DNA of 45,886 nt, from the NCBI GenBank assembly GCA_040758355.1, contig JBFLWF010000021.1, positions 1 through 45,886 on the forward strand. The letters are read 5' to 3'. Shown here one piece after another: positions 1-7,537 of the stretch; the first letter of the stretch is position 1, and every line of letters begins with the position of its first letter. Under the pieces are notes generated by a model. The model was not told where the DNA came from. It ran no database searches and was given only the letters and a program-made list of their open reading frames with translations. Both the position numbers and the translations under genes were made by a program. The stretch comes from Nitrospirota bacterium. GTDB lineage: Bacteria > Nitrospirota > Thermodesulfovibrionia > Thermodesulfovibrionales > Dissulfurispiraceae.

Positions 1-89
1 GTGGTAGACCACCACGTTGATAGGCTGGAGGTGTAAGCATAGTAATGTGTTCAGCTTACCAGTACTAATAGACCGTGTGCCTTGACCTT
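1..89 (+). rRNA. rrl: 23S rRNA, 3' terminal fragment (truncated by window edge)
   Basis: GTTGATAGGCTGGAGGTGTAAGCATAGTAATGTGTTCAGCTTACCAGTACTAATAGACCGTGTGCCTTGACCTT matches the conserved 3' end of bacterial 23S rRNA (...GTTGATAGG...GTGTAAG...TACTAAT...CCGTG...CTTRACC). Confidence 0.95.
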
Positions 90-120
90 ATTCTTACTCC
101 CATACTTTGTCAATTTTTTA

Positions 121-148
121 TTGCAATATATAAATTGCATTATATAAT
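121..148 (+). promoter_or_regulatory. putative sigma70 promoter for the sigma factor gene
   Basis: TTGCAA (121-126), 16-bp spacer, TATAAT (143-148), 60 nt upstream of ATG 209. Confidence 0.55.
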
Positions 149-208
149 TAAAGAAAGGGATACCTTTCTTTAATTTTTTTTGCGTGCAAAGGGGTTAGGT
201 GTAAGTCA

Positions 209-1642
209 ATGAAAGAAAGAGATATTTTTGAGGAAATTGTAAATCTCGGAAAGAGGCGTGGAGTTCTCACATACGACGAAATAAATGAGGCCCTGCCGTC
301 TGAATTCTTTTCGCCTGACGAGCTGGAAGATCTTATGGATGTCCTCAGTGACATGGGTGTTAAAGTTGTTGACTACGAAGAGGGCGTGCCAGCAGAGGAA
401 GAAATAGAGGAAGAGGCAGAAGAGGTAGAGCGTGCTGAGGACCTTGTTCAGGCCTATTTCAATTCAATGGGTGATATCTCTATCCTCACAAAGTATGAGG
501 AAACCGAGCTTGCAAAAAAGCTTGAAGAGGGAAGGGAAATAATAAAGGAAACAATATCAGGTCTGCCCCTCTATAATAGAATAAAAGAAATGAGCGATCC
601 TGAAGAAGGAGAGGAAGAGGAAGGAGAGCTTTTAACAGAAGAAGAGAAGGTTGATGAAGCCCTCATAAAAACCCTTTCAAGGATTGAAGAGTTGATGGAA
701 CTTGTTGAAAATGCAGACAAAAAGATAAAAAAATACGGCAACCTGAAGGGATTGAGGGCAGCTATAAATGAAAAAAAGAAAAAAGGGCAGAATACTAAGA
801 AATTGGAGTTGCTCTTAAAAGAGGTACAGGCTGACTATAAAAGAATAGAATCAGAGGCAGGGATAAAGGTCGATGAGTTAAAAGACATATGGAACAGGAT
901 ATCAAAGGCGAGGTATCTTGTGACAGAGGCGAAGAACGAGCTTATAACGAGGAACCTCAGACTGGTAGTCAATATTGCAAAGAACTATGTTGGCAGAGGA
1001 TTGCCTCTTCTTGATCTTATTCAGGAAGGAAACATTGGCCTTATGAAGGCTGTTGATAAGTTTAAATATGAAAAGGGCTTTAAATTCAGTACATATGCAA
1101 CATGGTGGATAAGACAGGCTATTACGAGAGCGCTTATTGACCAGACCAAGACAATCCGTGTTCCTGTGCATATGATGGAATTCTATAACCGTGTTACGAA
1201 GGCTTCCAGGGAACTCACACAGCAGCTTGGAAGGGAGCCGACTAATGAGGAGATTGGTAAGAAACTTGTTGTGCCTGTAAGAAAGGTTGAAGAGGTATTC
1301 AGGGCTATCCAGGACCCTATAGCACTGCAAACCCCCATTGGAGATGAAGACACAGAGCTTGAAGATTTTATAGGTGATAAAACAAGCCCTTCTCCATACT
1401 CAGATGCCGAAAGGATAGAGACCTCAGAGCAGATCCAGAGGGTATTGAGGACTCTGACACCAAAGGAAGAGACTGTCATCAGGATGAGATTCGGCATCGG
1501 CGTTGACAGGGATCACACCCTTGAAGAGGTCGGCAGGTATCTTTCGATAACGAGAGAACGCGTCAGACAGATTGAGGCAAAGGCCCTGAGGAAACTCAAA
1601 CATCCAAGCAGACTAAGGGCATTAAAGATACTCACCACTTAA
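209..1642 (+). CDS. rpoD: RNA polymerase sigma-70 factor, RpoD/SigA type
   Basis: Region 1.1 (LGKRRGVLTYDEINEALP), acidic linker, region 2 (NLRLVV, DLIQEGNIGLMKAVDKF, KFSTYATWWIRQAITR), region 4 (TLEEVG, TRERVRQIEAKALRKLKHPSR). Confidence 0.93.
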   Translation: MKERDIFEEIVNLGKRRGVLTYDEINEALPSEFFSPDELEDLMDVLSDMGVKVVDYEEGVPAEEEIEEEAEEVERAEDLVQAYFNSMGDISILTKYEETELAKKLEEGREIIKETISGLPLYNRIKEMSDPEEGEEEEGELLTEEEKVDEALIKTLSRIEELMELVENADKKIKKYGNLKGLRAAINEKKKKGQNTKKLELLLKEVQADYKRIESEAGIKVDELKDIWNRISKARYLVTEAKNELITRNLRLVVNIAKNYVGRGLPLLDLIQEGNIGLMKAVDKFKYEKGFKFSTYATWWIRQAITRALIDQTKTIRVPVHMMEFYNRVTKASRELTQQLGREPTNEEIGKKLVVPVRKVEEVFRAIQDPIALQTPIGDEDTELEDFIGDKTSPSPYSDAERIETSEQIQRVLRTLTPKEETVIRMRFGIGVDRDHTLEEVGRYLSITRERVRQIEAKALRKLKHPSRLRALKILTT

Positions 1643-1676
1643 TTAAGAAGGGCTGCTTCAGCAGCCCTTCTTAATT
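1641..1676. terminator. bidirectional intrinsic terminator between convergent genes
   Basis: Perfect 16-bp stem AATTAAGAAGGGCTGC / GCAGCCCTTCTTAATT with TTCA loop, overlapping the stop codons of both convergent genes. Confidence 0.85.
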
Positions 1677-2657
1677 TCTGAACAGATCGCCAGCCTTAAC
1701 TTCGCTTAATGCCTTTATTAATAAAGCCACAGAAGTCTTATCTTGGATGCTTATTACCTGTGCTGTTCCAAGGGGAATATGGGGTTTTTCGCTGGAAATG
1801 ATATTGAACATATCTCCGATCTCTATGCCGTCTGATGCCCCTTTATCGAGATAAACTGCACTGCCGACACCGCTCATATTGTATTTATCCCACAGCCTTA
1901 TAATGTTTCCATTGACGGCAGGCCGCCTCTCCTTATCGGGCTCCACAGACACTTCCACAGGATAGAAGATTAGGAGCATGTCATTAATTGCGATTTCATT
2001 GTATGATTCAAGGACCAATGCCTTTTTGTTTCCGTTGTCTTCTCCCACTACTTCTATTACGCCATTAATGCGAACCAGATAGCCGACATCATCCTTTGTT
2101 ACCGGATGTATTACCTTCTCAGGTTTACCTATTATGTAGAATTTGTCATTTATGTTTGCCGGTCTGTCAGTTTCTATATACACATAATCTCCACGGCCAA
2201 GAAGTGTTTTTCTCTGAGGCGACCCATATATTTTACCTATACTTTTTATATCATCGGAGATGTAACCACTTTGTAAGAGGATTTCCCTTGAAGTGAGATA
2301 ATTTCTCTTTTGTGCTGTTATCTTTTTTGGCGTGATTTTTACAGGGATTATTTCTTTTTCTGCCTTTTTAGGAACAACTCCAACTTCTTCCCGTATTTCC
2401 TCTTTTTTCTTTTCTACAACCTCGCCTGGGATGTTCAGTTTCTGCCCCGGAAAAATGAGAGCAGGATTTTTAATGTGCGGATTCGCCTTCCAGAGTTTTT
2501 TCCAGAGGAACGGATCTTTCATCCTCTCTTCGGATATGTCCCATAAAGTATCACCTTGTTTTATGGTGTATTCACTTGCTATAAGTATGGCTGGAAATAG
2601 AACGAGAACTGAAATGACAAGAAACCTGAAAAGATTATTTGATGTATAAATCTTCAT
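1671..2657 (-). CDS. LysM peptidoglycan-binding domain protein (exported)
   Basis: Signal peptide, then LysM YTIKQGDTLWDIS...NPHIKNPALIFPGQKLNIP; AAGGAG RBS upstream. Confidence 0.88.
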   Translation of the reverse strand: MKIYTSNNLFRFLVISVLVLFPAILIASEYTIKQGDTLWDISEERMKDPFLWKKLWKANPHIKNPALIFPGQKLNIPGEVVEKKKEEIREEVGVVPKKAEKEIIPVKITPKKITAQKRNYLTSREILLQSGYISDDIKSIGKIYGSPQRKTLLGRGDYVYIETDRPANINDKFYIIGKPEKVIHPVTKDDVGYLVRINGVIEVVGEDNGNKKALVLESYNEIAINDMLLIFYPVEVSVEPDKERRPAVNGNIIRLWDKYNMSGVGSAVYLDKGASDGIEIGDMFNIISSEKPHIPLGTAQVISIQDKTSVALLIKALSEVKAGDLFRN

Positions 2658-2672
2658 TGCTCTTCTCCTTTT

Positions 2673-4055
2673 CTAATTATTTGTTACCGCAATTATAGCC
2701 CCTTTTATTACATCCATCAAGCAGTTGAGATTTTCGATGCTTATGCTGAGCGGTGGCATGATAACGATGACATTACCCAATGGCCTTATCAAGACCCCTT
2801 CTTCCATTGCCTTATAAGCAACCTTCCATCCTATTTTTTCTTCCCATGGATACGGTTCTTTTGTAGTTTTATCCTTTACAAGCTCTATCCCTGCAATTAA
2901 TCCTTTATTCCTCACATTGCCGACATTCTGCAAATCTGCTATATCTTTTAATCTTTCTTCAAGAAGTGCGATTTTAGGCTGCATATTTTTTAAAGTCTCC
3001 TCTTTCTCAAACAAATCAATGCTTGCAGTCGCAGCAGCACATGCTAAAGGATTGCCTGTGTAAGAATGGCCGTGAAAGAAGGTTTTTAAATCTTTAAATT
3101 CGCCTAAAAATGCATTGTAAATCTCGTCTGTTGATAGCGTGACAGCCAACGGCATATATCCATTTGTTATCCCTTTTGAAAGGCACATAATATCAGGGAC
3201 TACATTTTCGTGCTCGCACGCGAACATCTTCCCTGTCCTGCCGAAGCCTGTTGCAACCTCATCTGCGATCAAAAGCACATTGTATTTATTGCATAGCTCC
3301 CTCACGCCTTTTAAATAGCCTTCGGGCCATACAATCATCCCGCCTGCAGCCTGAACAATAGGCTCTATGATAAGCGCAGCTATTTTCCTGGAATGTTTTT
3401 CCAAGACATTTTTCAGTTCTTTAAGGCATGCGAATGAGCATTCCAATGGAGTCTTTCCAAAGTCGCATCTGTAGCAATAGGGAGAAGGTGCTTTATGAGT
3501 CTTAAACAGAAGCAGCTTAAATACATCATGGAATATGTCAATCCCTCCAACGCTTACTGCACCAATGGTATCTCCATGGTATGCATTCTTAAGAGATAAG
3601 AATGAATGCTTGCCTTTTACTCCTTTATGAATCCAGTATTGGAATGCCATTTTTAGGGCGACTTCAACAGCAGTTGAGCCGTTGTCAGAATAAAAGACCT
3701 TTGATAATTGAGGTTGTAAACCAGCAAATGACTTGTAAGTAAGATTTATCAGTTTTTCTGCAAGCATTATTGAGGGGATGTTGCTTAGACCAAGAAGTGT
3801 TGAATGCGCAATTTTATCGAGCTGTTCTTTGATTGCATCATCAATCTCTTTCTTCCCGTGCCCGTGTATGCTCACCCATATTGAAGAAACACCATCAAGA
3901 TACCATCTGCCATAGGCATCTTTTATAAAGCAGTCTTTTCCTTCTGTGATAATTAATTGTTTTTCTTCAATCCAGCCCTTCATCTGTGTGAAGGGATGCC
4001 AGATGAATTTTTTGTCTGATTCTTCCAGATTTTTTATTTCATCAAGATAACTCAT
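2673..4055 (-). CDS. bioA: adenosylmethionine-8-amino-7-oxononanoate aminotransferase
   Basis: IWHPFTQM, SDNGSTAVEVALKMA, YHGDT, ADEVATGFGRTG, LSKGIT (PLP lysine), HGHSYTGNPLAC, IRPLGN. Confidence 0.95.
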   Translation of the reverse strand: MSYLDEIKNLEESDKKFIWHPFTQMKGWIEEKQLIITEGKDCFIKDAYGRWYLDGVSSIWVSIHGHGKKEIDDAIKEQLDKIAHSTLLGLSNIPSIMLAEKLINLTYKSFAGLQPQLSKVFYSDNGSTAVEVALKMAFQYWIHKGVKGKHSFLSLKNAYHGDTIGAVSVGGIDIFHDVFKLLLFKTHKAPSPYCYRCDFGKTPLECSFACLKELKNVLEKHSRKIAALIIEPIVQAAGGMIVWPEGYLKGVRELCNKYNVLLIADEVATGFGRTGKMFACEHENVVPDIMCLSKGITNGYMPLAVTLSTDEIYNAFLGEFKDLKTFFHGHSYTGNPLACAAATASIDLFEKEETLKNMQPKIALLEERLKDIADLQNVGNVRNKGLIAGIELVKDKTTKEPYPWEEKIGWKVAYKAMEEGVLIRPLGNVIVIMPPLSISIENLNCLMDVIKGAIIAVTNN

Positions 4056-4060
4056 AATGC

Positions 4061-5041
4061 TTATCCTTTGAACTCCCTCATCGCCTCATCATACAACTCA
4101 TCGGCACAATGCCTGTATTTTGGCGAAAAATGCATGATTTCGAGGCTTCCCACATTTGCCTCCATTGCGATTTTTCCAACAAGTGCTGCTGTCAGGTGAT
4201 GCCTCTCCTCTGCCCTATCTCTGTCCTTTTCTAAAAAGTATGCCTCGCAGAACAATATATCAGAGCCTTTTACAAATGGGATAATCTTTTCCATATTCTC
4301 ATCAGTAGGCGCCACATCCATCACATAAGAAATCTTTTGCCCTTTTGTAATTGTGGCAATTTCCATTAAATCTTTCAGGCCATAAACTTTATTGTTTATC
4401 TCGAATGACTGCTGACTGCTGACTGCTGACTGCTGACTCTCTCTGATTGCCTTTTTCAAATCCGAAAGCCATGGACCAACAGGAAGTTCCTTCTCGGTCA
4501 GAAGAGCTTTGTTAATGTTGATATGGAACTCCTCCTCAAGGGAATATGCCATCACAGGGATTTGGTGGGAGAGAAGAACTCCCTGTATCTTAAATAGCGG
4601 TTCTTTTTTTATCATCCCGTCAAACATCACCGTTGGATGCATTGCTTTTCTGAAAGAGTTTTCAGCATAGAAGCCTGCATGGGATATAGAGTCTTCGTTT
4701 ATTTCAAACACATCTATTTTTAATGGATAATCCTTTATCAGATTCCATGTGTATCCATTGAGTTTTCCTTCCACGCACTGAATGATATTTTCAGGGCCGA
4801 AAATTCTAAGAGGGATATCTCTCTTGAGGACTCCGCGCAAGAGTGTGTCGAACCCAGCAAAATGGTCCATGTGCATATGGGTCACAAAAACATCCGTTAT
4901 CTTCAGGAGATTGCCCAGTTCGAGTCTCCCCATGTATCCGAGGTCAAAGAGCAAAGCCCTTTTTTCTCTCAAGATTCTTACATAAACGCATGGATCCTCA
5001 AACGGCCCATTGACAGGCCTTGCATGAAAACTTGGCTTCAT
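4061..5041 (-). CDS. ribonuclease Z-like metallo-beta-lactamase-fold hydrolase
   Basis: THMHMDH motif, GP-containing exosite arm (LPVGPWLSDLK), CEAYF, HHLTA, MHFSPKY. Start taken at ATG 5041 (MKPSF) rather than 5071. Confidence 0.85.
   Translation of the reverse strand: MKPSFHARPVNGPFEDPCVYVRILREKRALLFDLGYMGRLELGNLLKITDVFVTHMHMDHFAGFDTLLRGVLKRDIPLRIFGPENIIQCVEGKLNGYTWNLIKDYPLKIDVFEINEDSISHAGFYAENSFRKAMHPTVMFDGMIKKEPLFKIQGVLLSHQIPVMAYSLEEEFHININKALLTEKELPVGPWLSDLKKAIRESQQSAVSSQQSFEINNKVYGLKDLMEIATITKGQKISYVMDVAPTDENMEKIIPFVKGSDILFCEAYFLEKDRDRAEERHHLTAALVGKIAMEANVGSLEIMHFSPKYRHCADELYDEAMREFKG
4406..4438. repeat. heptamer tandem repeat (TGACTGC)x4.7 inside the RNase Z-like gene
   Basis: TGACTGC TGACTGC TGACTGC TGACTGC TGACT; 33 bp, in frame, encodes SQQSAVSSQQS. 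Confidence 0.92.
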
Positions 5042-5043
5042 AG

Positions 5044-5059
5044 TGGTATAATTATAACA
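5044..5059. promoter_or_regulatory. overlapping divergent extended -10 promoters
   Basis: Palindrome TATAATTATA (5047-5056): TGgTATAAT on + (5044-5052) and TGtTATAAT on - (5059-5051), between divergent genes. Confidence 0.6.
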
Positions 5060-5100
5060 TTTAAGTAACAAGTGGAAAGCAGGAAGTAAATGGAGGATTT

Positions 5101-6102
5101 ATGCCTGAGTTGAGAAAAGACCCTATATCCGGGAGATGGGTAATCATATCAGTTGAAAGGGGAAAAAGGCCCACGGATTTCATATCACCTTCGCAAAAAA
5201 GGAAGGCAGGAGGGTTCTGCCCTTTCTGTCCAGGCAATGAGCATACAACACCGCCGGAGATAATAGCCTTCAGGCCTGCGAGCACGCCCCCGAATTCTCC
5301 GGGCTGGACGCTAAGGGCATTGCCGAACAAATTCCCTGCATTGCAGATACACGGAGACCTCAATAAAAGGGGAGAAGGTGTATTCGATATGATGAACGGT
5401 ATCGGCGCCCACGAGGTAATTATAGAAACGCCTGACCATCAACTGTCCCTCGCTACAATGCCCCAGCGCGCAGTGGAGGATGTCCTCTGGGCATACTATT
5501 TCAGGCTTACAGACCTTAAGAAAGATATGCGCTTCAAGTATGTCCTGATCTTTAAGAATGAAGGTGAAGTTGCAGGGGCATCCCTGGAACACAGCCACAG
5601 CCAGTTGATAGCCCTTCCAATTGTTCCCAAGACCGTGAGGGAGGAGATGGAATCATCAAAAAAATATTATGACAGCAAAGAGCGTTGTATCTTCTGTGAC
5701 ATAATCAGTCAGGAACTGGAGTCAGGGAAAAGGGTTATTTATGAAAATGACAGGTATGTAGCCCTTTCACCCTTTGCGCCGAGGGATCCTTTTGAGACAT
5801 GGATACTGCCGAAAAGGCACGAATCCTATTTCTATCCCCCTGAAAAGAGCTTCGCAAGCTTTGCAGAAATATTGCAGAGGGTTCTGAAACAGATTGACAG
5901 GGTCCTTGACATGCCTCCATACAATTTCATACTCCACACATCTCCGTTTAAAGAAGAGATTAACGACTATTATCACTGGCATCTTGAGATTCTTCCGAGA
6001 CTCACAAGGAGGGCAGGTTTTGAATGGGGATCAGGATTCTTTATTAACCCCACACCGCCGGAAGAGGCAACGAAATTCCTCAGAGAAGCAAAGATACAAT
6101 GA
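5101..6102 (+). CDS. galT: GalT-family nucleotidyltransferase (galactose-1-phosphate uridylyltransferase-like)
   Basis: ELRKDP..RGKRP, CPFCPGNE, NKFPAL, HEVIIETPDH, GASLEHSHSQ (HxH nucleophile), YHWHLEILPR..AGFEWGSG. Confidence 0.88.
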   Translation: MPELRKDPISGRWVIISVERGKRPTDFISPSQKRKAGGFCPFCPGNEHTTPPEIIAFRPASTPPNSPGWTLRALPNKFPALQIHGDLNKRGEGVFDMMNGIGAHEVIIETPDHQLSLATMPQRAVEDVLWAYYFRLTDLKKDMRFKYVLIFKNEGEVAGASLEHSHSQLIALPIVPKTVREEMESSKKYYDSKERCIFCDIISQELESGKRVIYENDRYVALSPFAPRDPFETWILPKRHESYFYPPEKSFASFAEILQRVLKQIDRVLDMPPYNFILHTSPFKEEINDYYHWHLEILPRLTRRAGFEWGSGFFINPTPPEEATKFLREAKIQ

Positions 6103-7532
6103 AGGTTGCGATAGTAACATCAGAGGCTGTCCCTTTTTCAAAAACAGGGGGGCTTGCTGATGTAGCAGGGACTCTTTTTAAAGAATATCTGCATATGGGT
6201 ATCGAGGTATTTCTATTCATTCCCCTCTATAAAAGGACAGCAGAGCAGTTCGGAGAAGAGATTAAGGACACGGGCATTGCAATAGACATTCCCCTCGGAA
6301 AGGCATTCAGAAAATGCAAGGTATTCCAAGGGTCAAGGGTCAGGGGTCAAGGGTCAGTTTTTTTCATCGGCAATGAAGAATATTTCGGCAGGGATGAGCT
6401 TTATGGAACCTCTCTTGGCGACTATCCGGATAATGACCAGCGGTTTGCATTTTTCTGCAAAAGTGTTCTTGAGGCATTTAAAAGGCTGAACATAGAAATC
6501 GATGTTATGCATTGCAATGACTGGCAAACAGGCCTTATCCCCATTTATTTAAAGACCGTTTACAGCAATGCAGATGTGTTCAGAAAAACGATATCTGTTA
6601 TCACCATACACAATTTGGGTTATCAGGGGATATTCCCGCTTCAGGCTATGGAGATAACAGGGCTTGGATGGGAGCTCTTTAATATGGAAGGTGTGGAGTT
6701 TTACGGGAATGTGAACTTCCTTAAGGCGGGCATAGTTGGAGCAGACATCATTACTACCGTAAGCAGGACTTATGCAAAGGAAATACTAACACCCGAATCA
6801 GGCTTCGGACTTGACGGCATATTGAGGAAGAGGGCAGACCGCATATGCGGGATACTCAATGGCATAGACTATAATGAGTGGAACCCGTCTGCCGACAAAT
6901 TCCTTCCATATTCCTATAATAGAAGCAGATTATCGGGCAAGACGAAATGTAAGGCCGAACTGATGAAGCTGTGCTCTCTGGAGGGCGATGCCGATGCTCC
7001 TCTATTGTCGTTTATCGGCAGGCTTTCGAGCCAGAAGGGAATAGACATATTTGCAGATGCCATTCCCGAAATAATTGCAAAGGGTGTAAATATTGTTATA
7101 CTTGGAAAAGGAGAGGACTATTTCCAGACACTGCTTAATTCCCTGAGGGAACGATTTGCTAAAGGGTTTTTCTTCTATTCAGGGTTTGACGAAGCCATTG
7201 CACACCTTACATATGCTGGATCCGACATGTTCCTCATGCCTTCGAGATATGAGCCGTGTGGTCTGGGGCAGATGATAGCAATGCGCTATGGAGCGATACC
7301 CATAGGGAGAAAGACCGGAGGACTTACGGATACCATAGAAGATGGAGAGACAGGTTTTCTTTTTGATGAATACTCTTCAAGGGGTCTGATGGATGGCATC
7401 AGCAGGGCAGTGATGGATTATGCGGACAAAGGAGCGTGGCATAGGATGATAAAAAGCGCAATGGGCAGGGATTTCTCATGGGAAAGATCTGCCGGTCTGT
7501 ATTTGGAGCTTTACAGGAAATTCAGCAGGTAA
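6099..7532 (+). CDS. glgA: glycogen synthase (GT5)
   Basis: KTGGLADV, HCNDWQTG, TIHNLGYQG, GILNGID, PSRYEPCGLGQMIAMRYG. Confidence 0.95.
   Translation: MKVAIVTSEAVPFSKTGGLADVAGTLFKEYLHMGIEVFLFIPLYKRTAEQFGEEIKDTGIAIDIPLGKAFRKCKVFQGSRVRGQGSVFFIGNEEYFGRDELYGTSLGDYPDNDQRFAFFCKSVLEAFKRLNIEIDVMHCNDWQTGLIPIYLKTVYSNADVFRKTISVITIHNLGYQGIFPLQAMEITGLGWELFNMEGVEFYGNVNFLKAGIVGADIITTVSRTYAKEILTPESGFGLDGILRKRADRICGILNGIDYNEWNPSADKFLPYSYNRSRLSGKTKCKAELMKLCSLEGDADAPLLSFIGRLSSQKGIDIFADAIPEIIAKGVNIVILGKGEDYFQTLLNSLRERFAKGFFFYSGFDEAIAHLTYAGSDMFLMPSRYEPCGLGQMIAMRYGAIPIGRKTGGLTDTIEDGETGFLFDEYSSRGLMDGISRAVMDYADKGAWHRMIKSAMGRDFSWERSAGLYLELYRKFSR
6327..6356. repeat. heptamer tandem repeat CA(A/G)GGGT x4 inside glgA
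   Basis: CAAGGGT CAAGGGT CAGGGGT CAAGGGT CA; encodes QGSRVRGQGS. Confidence 0.85.
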
Positions 7533-7537
7533 AAGGC

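Noticed and set aside
7478..7537. Longer start of the histidine kinase
   Set aside because: It overlaps glgA by 55 nt; ATG 7538 just after the glgA stop is more plausible.
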